From Amoebidium appalachense (lineage: Eukaryota > Protista > Ichthyosporea), in contig CAVNZM010000005.1 in assembly GCA_963693365.1 (NCBI GenBank), forward strand, positions 6,269,167 to 6,333,166: a stretch of DNA of 64,000 bases, in the 5' to 3' direction. Numbering within the stretch: the first letter of the stretch is position 1; the number at the start of each line of letters is the position of its first letter. The notes beneath the pieces are model-generated. The model made no database searches. It saw nothing but the letters and a program-made list of their open reading frames with translations, and was not told the origin of the DNA. Below are positions 1 through 14,953 of this stretch, one piece after another. The position numbers and the translations under genes are program-made.

Positions 1-257
1 GGGGGGGGGAGAGGGGGGGGGGGGGCATGCTTTTTGCCTTTTACTTCGTTTTGGATCTTGTGCAGCTTGTGCGCAGTCCTAAATTTGTCGTCTCAAGGTT
101 ACATGATGGAAGTTCCTGCCAAAAATTGCAAGCCTTCTTAGATATGTGGATTTTTTTTTTTAGATATGCGGATTCTACCTTTTGAGTAATTTTAAAGCTC
201 TGCCCCCCTCACTCCCCATGCCCCCTCCCTCAGTTGCCTTATCCCCTAATCACGGTA

Positions 258-331
<74 letters not shown>

Positions 332-499
332 AAAAAAAAGAAAAAAGAAAACAAAAAAAAACACCAACACCACCATAATCACAATGCAACCACGGCTAAT
401 CACAACACCCACTCTACCGCTTCTACTTGCAACAATATTGAACAAGCTGGGGGCACTGTGTGCTCAGTCGTACACGACTGTGAAAGAGAGTTGCGCTCA

Positions 500-1215
500 C
501 GCAGGGGTACACACATGCACTCACAAACACACGCACACACAAACACACACGCACGAACACGTACGCATGCACACGCACGCGCGCACACGCACAAGCGGAC
601 ACACACACATGAAAGTAGACGCCCCTAGCCACACAACGTGGCACACGCAAGTACGCACACAAGCACGCACGCACACACATGGACACGCAGGCACACGCAC
701 ACGCACACGCACACGCACACACGCATGCACACACACACACACACACGCACGCACATCACACACATCACGGCCGTCACACGCACAAACCAGCCAGAGACAC
801 ACACACACACACAAACTCAAATCGTCGCATAACAGGCCACACACACGCATGTACACAGATGCACATGCGCGCACACACGCACACAGGCGGAGAATACGCA
901 CACATGCGGGCTTGGCCATCTAGCCCTATGAAACACACACACACACATGCACTAGTTTGTATTCAATCACACAGACAGGAACACACACGCACGCACACGA
1001 GAGCGCATGCACGCACACACGAATGCCCATAGGCACGCACACACCCTTAACATGTGCGTGCGCGCACACGCATACACACACACGCACACCTACACACGCC
1101 CACACACACACGCGCGCGCGCACGCCCGCACACACACAAACACGCAATAGTTGATAGCCCGCACACACAGCATGCTACATGTACACACGCACACAAGCAC
1201 ACAAGCACGCATATG
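500..1215. repeat. (CA)n/(CACG)n low-complexity tract, representative of many in the window (e.g. 3020-3530, 3980-4260, 38050-38400, 39880-40740, 63190-63580)
   Basis: Directly visible dinucleotide repeats; they generate the spurious HTHT/CVCV ORFs. Confidence 0.9.
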
Positions 1216-1842
1216 CATGCACTTGCAGGCTCGTTGACAGTTTTTACGTGCTGGCCTGCATGCTAGCCTCACTAGGCGAAAGCCAACCAGGTCCTATCGT
1301 CACCATCGCACATCCATTCGAATACCGTGCGCATGCGGATACTAAATTATTGAAGACGCGGATATCGATATCCGACAGCCAATGCATAAATAACACGGAC
1401 ACGCCTGGGCGGTACACGTTTGATACACGTAGAGATACATACCCCCGGCACACGCATGCACGGGCGTGCTCGTGCGTGAAGGACGCGCGCACACATACCT
1501 AATATTAGTCCTTTGTGTATTCATTAGTTCAGTGTACTGCATGTTTTACCGATAAAACGGGCACGAACTTCTGTTACCATAAAAGGCAATGGGTTTTCGT
1601 GTCGAATATTGATCTGCCGCCGTGCCGCCTGCGACCGTTGCTGAACCTGGTCCTTCGAAGAAGCAGATTTCTGAACTAAGTACTTGCGTGATATATAAAA
1701 AGCACACCTTAAGTATTACTAATAGTAATGGCCATTGCAGCATTTGTCCAGCTTTATTGATTTTTTTGATGTTGTTGATGTTTTTTTTCTTGGAAAAGCA
1801 AAGCATTCGTGTGACTTTTGTGTAATTGATATAGCGTTATGT

Positions 1843-1970
1843 TTGATTGGTCACCTTATTTTATTGATCGCAGCCTGCCAATAAGAAACAAAAAGCTAGC
1901 CAATCATCCGAAGCCTCCCCATGGAGCGGTAACTGTGGCGCATTCCTTTCTCTACCCAACACCAATCACA
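1843..1970. promoter_or_regulatory. CCAAT-box cluster, candidate promoter of the downstream C2H2 gene
   Basis: TGATTGGTC, GCCAATAAG, AGCCAATCA and ACCAATCAC within about 130 bp, upstream of a candidate first exon at 2716. Confidence 0.35.
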
Positions 1971-3050
1971 GAAAGGGTGGATCTTGGAACTGCCAGGTAA
2001 CATTGTGACAAATAGATCGATGTTCACAACTCTGAATGATTCATCACCTTTGCAACGAAGGCCAATTCTCGAATCATGTGAATTTATTTACTTGGTGAAG
2101 GTAAATATTTGGTATGAATTTCATTCTTGTAAGCGATATAACAATTGTCATTGTTCTTTTAGAAGTTTTTGCATATTTCCCGTTGTCATTCCCCCGCGCA
2201 ACCACGCGAAAGATCCGACATAGGCCTAAGGCGTTATGTTTCATTACCATATTTGGCCAATGAAAGGACGCAAATCATGCTCTTCTAAGTTCACGCTTTT
2301 CACTGCTTGGGCAACAGCCAATCGAAATCTGCATTCCAACGTTTTCGTTCGTTCTGCAGCGCGCAGCTGTGAACACATGCAGACAGGGCCCCTCTTGCCG
2401 CTCACTTTTACGACTGCCTGAACACATGCCTGTTCGCTGCAGCATGTGTATGGAGTAGTTGGGGTGTTTTGAAACTGTTTAGCTACCAATTTTTAGAATA
2501 TTTACTGATAGAACAACAACTGAATTGAAAGCCCACACGTACCAGGCCTTCGATGGTGCCTGCATGACTCTGCAAGTACTAGTGGAGTCCCATTTATTTT
2601 GACACACGCAAGAACATCCTCCTAACCGCGGCCATTAGCATAGTGGGTATTTAGGTTTCCAACAAAAGTTCTGTTTAGCACCAACACTGTACCATAGGCC
2701 AAAATTGCTTGAACAATGAGGGGGGCCCAACCTCTTTACTACACACACACGTGGCAGGTAAGGGAACAAGTGAGGGAATCAGGCTGTGTTGCCCTGAAAA
2801 GTTTGAGATATCCATGCCTGAATAATGATGATATGTTCATAGCCGTGGCTCTTGTATTCTATGTGTTTTGATGCAGTTGCACAGCGTGCGTGCTCTGCAG
2901 TTGTGTGCATACGCGGAGCCTGGTGTCTTAGCCTACACACACAATGTGAGGATGTAAAATTGCTCGGGCACTCTGAATAGCATGCCTAATGGTGAAGTAG
3001 AGCTATTCAGGCTGGAATAATACACGCGCGCGCACACACACACACACGAC

Positions 3051-3210
<160 letters not shown>

Positions 3211-3377
3211 TACACACAGCACACAACACACACATACAAACATCTTAAAACACACAAACATCAAACACACGCACAAACACTACTAATACACACACAAACA
3301 TGCACAGATGCTAGCAAATACAAGCACTAATACACACACACACAATCAACTTCTACATTTACACGCAAGAACACTAA

Positions 3378-3431
<54 letters not shown>

Positions 3432-3444
3432 GCACACACGCACG

Positions 3445-3525
<81 letters not shown>

Positions 3526-3977
3526 ACAGTGCCCCTCCCCCCCCCCCTCCCCCCGAACACATACACACATATACACACTTACACGTGCCGGCAGTATGAG
3601 TAGTGAGCACACAAACACGCACACAAACTGTTACAACGGAACCACGTGCACTAGCAATGGTACATTCAACGCACACCGCTTTAAAATCGCCCAACGCACA
3701 TCACACTCATAATTTCCATTGTAGGGAGAAGGCACGGATAGCCCTCAGCTCTGGCCAACAGACACACACACGTGCATGCATACACAGTCATTTGAACATT
3801 GCTGCACTCAGATATACACACGAGCTAAACGTGCCATACACGGTACTGGCAGACAAAAACATGAAAATGTCAAGGACAACATATTTGGAAACACACACAT
3901 GCCCACCAAGGAACACGAACTCGCACGTACCTGTGCAGACACACCCATACAGATCCCGCAAAAATACCCACACACAA

Positions 3978-4012
<35 letters not shown>

Positions 4013-4043
4013 GCACACACACACACACACAGGCAAACAAGCA

Positions 4044-4076
<33 letters not shown>

Positions 4077-4102
4077 ACATGCACAGGCGCACGCACGCGC
4101 GG

Positions 4103-4241
<139 letters not shown>

Positions 4242-4475
4242 TACAAGCGCACACACATGCACTTTCTTCGCAGTGTATCTATGTACACTGCACTGCACAT
4301 GCTATTCTAACCCCTGTTGCAACCCAACTCATACCTATCACTCATCTGGATACCCATTGTCGGGGTTACTTGAAGTACCAATAATCAGACTGACCCCCTA
4401 CAATGCATATCTCCCTAGGCGTCATCTGTATTTTCAACCCGCCACAATTTCTGAGCATAGAGCCAATCAACGAGC

Positions 4476-5301
4476 ATGGCCCCGTCGGGTCCATCTCCTT
4501 TTTTGGGCAAGACCCCCGGTGCAAGAAGCCAATCAACGCCGTGCGCTGCGAATATGAACCAATCAAACGGGCAGAATGCCATGCTCAGCCAATCGATGGG
4601 TGGAGGCGGGTTGTCGAATTTTGTTCTCGACTTGGAGCCTCTGGACACTGAATGTGGCCCAATGGCTGACATGATGCTGGGAAATATGAACCACATGACT
4701 TCCAACCAATCAAATTGCGGCTCTCAGGGGTTCAACCAATCGCACGGCGGCGGCATGATGGGCGGCGGGATGTGCGGCATGATGGGCGGGCAGTCAAACG
4801 GCATGATTTCCAGCCAATCAATGGGTATGCTTTGCTCAGCCAATCAAATGAACTACATGGGCAAACCCAATGGGATGGGCCCGATGAACGGCATGGCCGG
4901 GTCAATGGGTAGCCAATCAAGTTCCGTTATGGGCGGTCCAATGAACCAATCAAAAGTCATGAATGGCGGCCGCGGAATGATGGGAGGCAGCTGCAACCCC
5001 ACGACAATGGGCCAATCAGCAAACGGGATGGGGTTTCAGAACCCCAACGGCCAATCAATGTGCATGCCTGGGATGGGCAACCCAAATATGGCAATGGTAC
5101 AGTCCCAGTTTTGCAGCAATGGAAATATGATGGCGACTATGAACCAATCAAACGGCCCGATGGGGGTATGTGTGGACCTTGTGCCATGGGTTGTATTTTC
5201 CAGCGTTTTGTTGGCTTTTTCCCTTCTTCTTTTCTTCTTTCCTTTTCCGTCTCTCTGTTTGCTTGGTAGCTGCTTTTGGCAAGTTGGGCTGTGACCTCCC
5301 G

Positions 5302-5342
<41 letters not shown>

Positions 5343-6609
5343 CCCCCCCCCCCCCCCCCCCCACCACCACCATTACGACCACCAACCCAAACACACACAT
5401 ACAAACACACACACACCCGAGCAATAGGAATGCTATGCACCATCAGTAATGGGGAGGAGGGCTCCGTGGGGGGCTAGAAAAAACTTGAATTAGAGGCAAG
5501 GGTAGACATGTTTTATTGAGCGTTCAAGACGTTGTAGGGTCGGAGGAATGGGGGTATGGCTTCTAAAGAAATGTGTGGAAAGCAATGTACACCACATCCA
5601 GCCTCTAACGACAAAACATACAGATGGGAGCCAATAGCCAAGGGCCATCCAATATGGTTCCGCCCAATGGGAGCGCACCAAGCACACCATTGGTTGCCGG
5701 CTCAGCCAATCAGCGACCATCCCTGCCAAACAGCCAGCCAATGAACATGAAGAATGGCCCCCTTTCCTCTGGAAGTGCACCCAATCTTCTTTCCGGCCAA
5801 AGCTGCCAAACACAAATGACCCCTAACGGTAATAATCTATTCCCCCCCCCCCCCCTCCCCCCTCCCTCCAACTTCCTCTTCCCCCCCCCCCCCCCCCCCC
5901 CCCCTTCCGGCCCACGTCAGCGCCTCTGCCATCCCCTCACGTTTTGCTGCACAAGCCAAGTCAAATAGTCACTCCGTTTTCCTCATCAACCATCCTCTTT
6001 TCTCTCTTCCTAGATTGATCTATGTACCAAATACCCTTAGAAATAGTTCACCGATTGTTATACAAACACACTCTATCCAATCGCTGCCTGTCTTACCCAA
6101 CTTAATATGGCACACTGGGAATAGAGAGTGTCTTATGAAGTTCGGGCGCCCAAATCTTTACTTGCGCCGTGCACTCTGTTGGCATATCTCTCGTGTCCCC
6201 CTCCTCCTCCTCCCCCACCCCCCTACCCCCCTGCCTCCACCTCTTTCCCTTCTCCTCCCCAATTCCTCCCTCTTCCCTCCCTCCCTTGCCCGAACCACAC
6301 AACTGATCCCCCCCCCCCCCCCCCCCCTCCTCCTCCTCCTCTCCCCCGGAGTGGATGACTTCCCCCTCCCCCCCCCCCCCCCCCCCCCCCCCCCCCGCCG
6401 CCCCCCGTTTTCGCTCTGCATAAACTGTACATTTGGTAATGATAACCATAATAGAACTTTAGAATGCACCGTATTCTTGTTGTGTCTTTGTGCTTTATGT
6501 TGTGTACAAACTCTAAACAAACCCCCACTCCTCCCCCCCTCCCCCCCCCCCCCCCCCCCACCGCCCCCCAATACGAAGAAAAAAGCAGTGTTCTTGTCCC
6601 ATCCCCCCA

Positions 6610-6654
<45 letters not shown>

Positions 6655-7075
6655 AAAAAAAAAAAAAACTAGGAAAAAGCCAGTGTTCATGTCCCCTTCC
6701 CCCCCCCCCCCTCTCCCCCTCCCTCCCCAACACCCAACCCCCATCCCTCCTCCCCCCCCTTCCTCCTCCCAACCAACACACACAGGGGTTCCCGGTGGAC
6801 CAATGCCGATGATGGTACCCGGACCATATATGGGCATGGGTGGGGGTTTTAACCCCTTTGTTGCGGTACCCCCCCACATAGCAGCTATGATGGCTGCTGA
6901 GAGGGCCTATGTGGCACGCAAGGCACAGGTATGTACCCATGGTATCTAATTGCTGCAAAGTTCACTAAGATACACAACACAACACACAGCCTTTGTGTGA
7001 CTAAAGTGTCTTTTATCAACAGAGACCTCCCTTTATTCTCCCCCCCTCCCCCCTACACACACACACGCCCACACC

Positions 7076-7106
<31 letters not shown>

Positions 7107-7364
7107 ACACACACACACCTTTCCCCCTTCCCCCTCCCTTCCCCTTAGATTATACTCACGTGCACAATCTCACCCCCGCCCTTTGCCTCCTGTTCCTGGT
7201 ATGGGTTGTGAGAGGTTTATTCTCCTCACGAGTTCTTCGTTATTCACCTCCCCCCCCCCCCCCCCCCCCTCCCCACCCCACCCCCGCCCCTCACCGCCCA
7301 CCACCCCCCACCCCCTCCACGCCCTGCTCTAAAAGCCCTCTCTCCTATCCCCGCCTCTTTCTCT

Positions 7365-7410
<46 letters not shown>

Positions 7411-9157
7411 CCCCTTGCTATGAATGTGTACTTCGTACTTGGTAACACATTCTAACAACCCCCCCACCCACCCCACCCCGCATCTACAGGTACTGTGTGC
7501 ACGCACCAGTTTGCGCAAACCCCGTCACCGGCGCAACCTCAAGGACCTGGTGCGGTCCATCTACTGTTTGCATGATGGCTGTGGGAGGGTCTATGCCACA
7601 GATGGGTCTCTGCAGGTAGCGTGCCCCATCTTTGTTCCTTTTTTCTTCCTTTCTCTTTCTTTCTTTCATTCTTTTCTTCTTTCATTCCTTCTTTCTTTTT
7701 TTTTGTGGAGGGGGGGGGAGGGGGGAGGGGGTGGGGGGTGAGGGGGTGAGGGGGGTGCCCGGGGGAAGGGGGGGGGGGGGGAGAAGGGGGAAACACGCCC
7801 CTGCTGTGTGTGTGACCCCTACCGACCTTACAGGGAAACACAAGAAAAGAAAAAGAACATGTGAAAAGCAGGTTTATTCAAACCGTTATAAGAGTCGCAG
7901 GCCGACACTATTTGCGGAGTGGACTCATAGGGCCATGACTGGGAGACGGATGAAGGGGCTGGGGGGGGGGGGGGGGGGGGAAGGGGGGGAGGGGGGGGGA
8001 GGGTGGGGGAGAGGGGGGAGTGTGGGGGGGGGAAGGGGGGGGGGGGGGGGGGAGTTGGGGGTGGAGGGAGGACTTGATGTTGACGAACTGTGGCACAGAA
8101 CCACCTACGGATTAAACACAACAACCAACGGTGGGCACCGGAGAAGGACATAGAACACGCCAGAGAGAGGGCCCAGGAGGAAGAGGAAAAGAGCCCCAGC
8201 CAATCAGGAACCCCAGCTTCGTCCGAATATAGTAGCAGCCAAGATATGTTGAGTGATAACCGACCAATTAAAACCGACGAAAACGGTGCGAGCGACGGTT
8301 CGATCGCGGACGGATCGGATAATCGGGCTAAGAGCTGCCCCGATCTGTTTGACTTTGATCTCGATCTGAATATCCAACCGACCATGAGCAATCCGCTGAA
8401 TTCCACGGTGGAGACGCCCGTCAGCCAATCGAACAGAGTGAATAATATGGACGACGAAGCGATCCGAAATTTTGATCTCGATTCGGTGATCCCGTTTTCG
8501 GAGGCACCAATGAAATCGGAGCAAGTGGCTGCCACGCCCATATTTGGAGAATCCGATTACGCGACACTTTCGTCGCTTTCTTCCCCGTTTTTGGATGACT
8601 CCGGCAGCATGGGCGGCGGCTCTCAGGATATGGATTTCGGTCTCGGCGAAATGTTTTCAAACAGTGGCCTGAATCTCGCAAACAATTTCCAACCAATCGG
8701 TTCAATGGGCCAAATGCCATATTTGGAAACATCGCTCGGAAAAATGGGCGGAGCCACCGGTGTGTATGGTGGGTTTAAGTCCGTTTTACCGCACACCCCT
8801 AGCCCCCTCAGCTACCAATCGTCTCTGGGCTTGATTGACCAATCAGCAGCGACTCCCCAGCAACCGAGCGACGGGATTGGTCAGTTATCACCCCTTTTGG
8901 TCGAACCCAAAAACGAGAATTCCTTCAATGGCGGCGCCGATATTTCGTCAGCGGCCGTGTGGGGGATGGTTTCAGGCACAGATCCCGAGTCCAATCAAAA
9001 CGTGGCGGCGTCTTGGGATTTCTTCTCTGATTCGGCGATCGGAGGGGGGGCAAATGGACTTGGAACGTTGGCAGGGATGGGTGCAAACTCGCAGTCGGGG
9101 ATTGGTGTTGGTGTGTCGATGGAACTCTCGGACTTCCTCTCCTCGGGTTTCTCGTAA
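4476..9157 (+). CDS. Spliced C2H2 zinc-finger transcription factor (Con7-like finger) with M/G/N/Q/S-rich low-complexity N-terminus and acidic/Ser-rich C-terminus
   Basis: Phase-compatible GT-AG exons 4461/4476-5165, 5624-5828, 6786-6928, 7490-7615, 8099-9157. The last junction rebuilds RHRRNLKDLVRSIYCLHDGCGRVYATDGSLQ|NHLRIKH (C-x4-C-x12-H-x4-H preceded by a basic stretch). A possible in-phase first exon 2716-2757 (MRGAQPLYYTHTWQ|GTAAGG) would splice to 4461. Confidence 0.8.
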
Positions 9158-9629
9158 CATGTGATGTGTGTGTAGGGAAAGGTTTTGGTAAAACCCTCCA
9201 TATATATGATGTATATAGGCAGTCGTGCGAACACAGACACGTAACCATACGCAGATAGCACTAACCCGTACACACGCACGCACACCACTGACAAATGCAT
9301 ATGCACACACGTACATGCACACATGCGCGCACACACACCGTGCACAGACACAACCGCAAAAGCTGTTACATATACACACACCGTACGCACACGACCAGAA
9401 TATGCGTGCACAGGCACACATGAGGGACCAGTGTATCAATACACACACGCACGCACCAGGTGCATGAGCAGGTACGCCGCACACTTGCACACACGCACTC
9501 ACACAGAAAGAGAGAGAGAATTAGTACGAGCAACATACGCACTAGTAGTGGGCTTTCTCATCTGTAACACACTATCTCTTACGTCGGAGAAACACAGCAC
9601 CAACACCCACACACACCAGCACTCTGAGA

Positions 9630-9662
<33 letters not shown>

Positions 9663-10625
9663 CAAAAAAAACAAAAAAAAAAAAACAAAAAAAAAAACAA
9701 AAAAAACCGAAACCCACCCTAGAATGACCTTCTGAAGGACACAACACAATATAGGTTCTTGGTTTTTGTAAATTTATTTGGGGGTGTTTGTATACTTGTA
9801 TGTGGGGCATGTTCTTGTAAATTTGTGTATGTAAGTGGCTCACTCAGTAAGACATTGTGTGATGTATGATGTTAGGAATCCTATGGTGCTTGTGCATATG
9901 ATTATGTGCATTTGACTAGCATTCACTAATGGCATTGGTTGAGATCATGCTATTTTTACGGGAAAGTTCCCTAACTTGAGATATTGTCTCATGTACATTC
10001 ATGCATTATGCAATGAATCTCCCGGGATATGACACTAGCATGACGTTTTCCTCATGAAGCCGGCGCTTCAGCGATTATGGTAGCATGATGTATTTTTACA
10101 ATTGAAATGAAATAATGGTAGGCTAAGCACATGCGATAAGAAACATTAGATTCACATATGTTGTGTGGGTGAACATATCATTCATTAAGTATTTGTAGTG
10201 GGAAACTAGAACGCATGTGAGCTTCGTTTATTTTTGCGGAGGGATATACATGGATGCACATCTGGTTTTGTAGATATTGCAGTGTTTGCGGAGTTGGTGT
10301 GAATTTGCGTCAATGTGAAAATTCGATCCCAGGCCTGGTGCTGGTGTTGTATTTTATAAACTGTCAATGATTGGTACATGTATTCTATAAACAGTAAACT
10401 GCAATTACAATTACTAAATACTATCAGTCATTGGTTGGTCTAATAAACTAATTACGGTTTTAGTGCCAGATCATTGGTCTCTGAAGGTAACCGTGCAGTG
10501 TGATTGGGCGGCCCCTTTGTTTTTGGATATCACCATTAATTCACCAAATTTGGAACGGTTTATCATAAGTTATCTTCTCATTGGATGCAATAGGGTGTGT
10601 GTGTGTGTGTGTGTGTGGTGGGGGA

Positions 10626-10669
<44 letters not shown>

Positions 10670-10690
10670 GGTGTGAGTCAAAAAAATGGA

Positions 10691-10910
10691 TAAGGGGTTG
10701 CCGGTGGTTTCAAAATAGGTGTGCGCCGTTTGAATGTGTTTATTGCTTCACGTGGGTGTGTATAAGGGGTTGCCGGTGGTTTCAAAAAAGGTGTGTGCGC
10801 CGTTTGAATGTGTTTATTGCTTCACGTGGGTGTGTATAAGGGGTTGCCGGTGGTTTCAAAAAAGGTGTGTGCGCCGTTTGAATGTGTGTTTATTGCTTCA
10901 CGTGGGTGTG
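10691..10910. repeat. Tandem minisatellite, about 72-74-bp unit x3
   Basis: TAAGGGGTTGCCGGTGGTTTCAAAA...TTTATTGCTTCACGTGGGTGTG starts at 10691, 10763 and 10837 with no unique spacers. Confidence 0.9.
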
Positions 10911-11079
10911 TTGATGCTCGTGTGTACCTGTATGTTGTTGAACTTCATGCTTGTGTGTGTGTTTGTTAATGATATGTGTGTGTGTGTTGTTAATGTGTGT
11001 GTGTTTGTTATTGTGTGTGTGCCACGTGTGGACGCTCCTTCGTGCATGATCTGAGCTCATGAGAAGGAGTAAGGTCACT

Positions 11080-11501
<422 letters not shown>

Positions 11502-12131
11502 CCTTGAATCTGTTACGGGCGATCCCGGTCGCGGAGAAACCAGGACGGGAGTCCGAAGAAGGTGGGAAAAGGAGTGGGTGGGTGGATGGTGGTAGTGGTG
11601 GTGGTGGTGGTGGTGGTGGTGGGGGGGGGGGGGGGGGGGGGGGGGAGGGGGGGGGAAGGGGGGGGGGCCGTGGAGGGGACGGGGGGAAGGGGGAGGGGAG
11701 GGAGGGGCTGGGGTTGGGGGGGGCGAATGGCTGCTCGAGTTGGTGGCCAGGAGGCATTAGGCATGCATGAGAAGCTCACACGATATGTGATAATTTGCAA
11801 TAACGGTAGGGGTTGCAGCTGCGGCATGGGGGGAAGGGAAGGAGGGAGGGAGGGGGGGGGGAGGGGGTAGAAAGTGTGTGTGTGTGTGTGGGGGGGGGGG
11901 GGGAGGGGGGGGGGAGGGTCGGGGGAGGGTGGGGGGGGGGGGGGGGGGGGAAGAGGAGGGAGGATACAGCCGATTGATTGATTCCGGGCCGTTTAAGCAT
12001 GTTTCTATCCCAACGCCATCTCAGACTTAAAAATCCCCAGCTCCCCAGACCAGGGTGTATTTAGTGACTTTGAGCACTAAATTCAAATTAAATATTGTGC
12101 TTGCGACTGAGAAAGCTCTTCCCCCCCCCCG

Positions 12132-12132
<1 letters not shown>

Positions 12133-12171
<39 letters not shown>

Positions 12172-12302
12172 GGAAGACCCCGAAGACCCTACTCAGGTGG
12201 GTGGTGGGTCCCCCTCCCCCCCCCCCCCCCCCCGGGACCCACCACCCACCTGAGTAGGGTCTTCGGGGTCTTCCTCCCCCCCCCCCCCCCCCTCCCCCTC
12301 CC
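12133..12302. repeat. Perfect inverted repeat (42-bp unique arms extended by G-run/C-run)
   Basis: 12171-12212 AGGAAGACCCCGAAGACCCTACTCAGGTGGGTGGTGGGTCCC is the exact reverse complement of 12234-12275; 21-nt C-rich loop. Confidence 0.9.
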
Positions 12303-12707
12303 GCTGCTAGCCGGAGGGGTCGGTGGCCCTCCCGGGGGAGGGGACCCACCTGTCTAAAGGGGTCCCTCCCCCCCCCCCCCCCCCTCCCCCCAAGTTACTA
12401 CTACCCCCCTCCCCCGTTTCAAAATCAAGAATCCCTAACTTGTACCATCGATCGGCATGATCCTCGTTGACAATTAAATTTAATCGGATCCGACATGTCC
12501 AGCTGATGATCATCGTGTGCGAGCGTCAACTTGACCACAGCTTCATTAACCCCGGCGGTCCGTTTTCATTTTGCTAACCGTTGATGATGATAGTGTGCAT
12601 GCAACATAGGATTCTATCAGGTAATAAATAATAAAGATAATGCCCGATGCCTCCCCCCCCCCCCCCCTCCCCCCCCCCTCCCACCCGCGCCCACACACAC
12701 ACACGCA

Positions 12708-12852
<145 letters not shown>

Positions 12853-13081
12853 GCTCGCTCTCTCTCTCTCTCTCTCTCCCCCCCAACCTCCCTTCCCCCT
12901 ACCCGGGCCCCACTCCCCCTCATTCCCATTGTTAGTCCCGCACTTGTGCAAGATTACATTCGATCGTAGCACACATACACACTGTCAGTGATACACACAC
13001 ACACACACAGTACACACACGGACACACACACACGGGGGGGGGGGGGGGGGGGGGGAGAGCGAGAGAGAGAGAGAGCGAGGG

Positions 13082-13123
<42 letters not shown>

Positions 13124-13319
13124 GGGAATTCGAAGGATGGAGAGAAAGGGAGGGAGGGGGAAAGAGAAGGGGGGGAGGGGGGGGGGGGAGAGAGAGAAAG
13201 ATCTATGGAGAGAAACGGAGAGGGAGAGAGGGGGGGGAGGGCGGGGGGGAGGGCGGGGGGGTGTGGAGAAGTGAGTGAGTGAGTGACCAGTGAGTGAGAG
13301 TGTGTGTTTGTGTGTGCAT

Positions 13320-13360
<41 letters not shown>

Positions 13361-13578
13361 GCGCGCGCGCGTGCACGTGTAAGTCACGGTTAGTTCTGTA
13401 ATAAGTAGTAGTGTCGTATGTCACCTTGTTGAGTATAAATATCTGCCGGCCCGTGTACACGTGTAGACTGCTTGGTCTGCACGACTCGTAGGTCGTGTGT
13501 ACATGTGGGACATGTCACGCACATGGCAGCGCATGCGCTGGTGGCCATGGCCACGTGCCCCTGCGCCCCCCCTCCCCC

Positions 13579-13625
<47 letters not shown>

Positions 13626-14029
13626 TCCCCAGCCTAGCAGTAGCCTATTGTAGGCCTCCCCCCACATGCATCTTTGTCCATGACCCCCTTCACTGAACTC
13701 GGTCGCTTTGTGGGGCCACAAAATGCAGTATGGACTCCGGCCGTTGCCAGGGGGGAAGGTAAAACTAAGGCCCTTGGCAACCCTCGCCTGAGGGCAGCGG
13801 TGCTGTCCGCGGTGTGTGTGGTGTGTGGTGCCACGCGCACAACGTGACACATGCATGCCAGGGATGATTGAACGTGTTTCGATTGGTCTTTCTTTTGCTA
13901 TTTTTGGCTAAAGAGACATGACATCTATTGGCCAGGAATCGAAATTCCCAAAAAAGTTTGAAAAATTTCCAAACTTTTTTTTCTGGATTCCCAAAGAACC
14001 TCCGGGGATTGGGTGGTGGTGGTGGTGGT

Positions 14030-14078
<49 letters not shown>

Positions 14079-14302
14079 CTGGAGCCTCGAGCTCGCGGGG
14101 AAGGGGGAGGGAGGGAGGGAGAGGTGGGGGGGGGGGGGGGGGGGGGGGGGGGAGAGGGGAGTGGGACTCGAGTGGGTCAATTGGACTGTGGGTGATATTG
14201 GTGTCCATGGCCCAGGGGGGTGGGGGGCCCGGGGGTTGCCATTGGGACCGGTACCCGGTTTTCAAGCTGGGGGGGAGGCCGGGAGGAGGAAAAGGTGAGT
14301 GC

Positions 14303-14343
<41 letters not shown>

Positions 14344-14376
14344 TGAGTGGGCACAAGACGGTGGGTCACAGTGGGG

Positions 14377-14414
<38 letters not shown>

Positions 14415-14953
14415 GGGGGGGGGCCGGGCCGTGCACATGCCAGGCTATTTTTTTTGCACGCCCAAGGCTTTTCCCAATTTTTAGTTTTTAAATTCGGCAA
14501 ATCCCAAACAATTTGGACCCTATCCCAAAGTTTCAAAAACAGAATTCGAAACCTGGGAATGGCCGAGGGTAGACTAACCATCCAATCAGAGGCCGCTGTT
14601 ATTCGCCCGTTGTGGAAATTTATGGCATACTTTTTGCAGGGCTTGAAAGTAGTTGTTGTGGTTATAATATGGTGCCTGTGTGACCATTCAAGGAGTAGTG
14701 GGCCCAGTTGGTTGGTACATCCAGCTTGGTTGGGAGCAAACAGAGCACCTATTCTACGGTACATTCTATATGAAATGAAATCGTTCACAAGCTGGGTTAC
14801 TGGTTGAATAATGACTGGGTCTCACCCATCAAGTTTATTGGAGCCTGAGTCACATTTCGGCCCTTGCAAAAATATCCCGAATATCTTTTGATATTCAGGT
14901 GCCGATTCGATATATGACATATCTCGGGATATTCAGGGGCTAGGCAGGATATA

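Noticed and set aside
5538-5553. Possible 16-nt micro-exon (TAG|...|GTATGG) in the C2H2 gene
   Set aside because: It breaks the frame; direct 5165-to-5624 splicing is in phase.
10691-10910. CRISPR-like array
   Set aside because: Head-to-tail tandem units without unique spacers; eukaryotic context; no cas genes.
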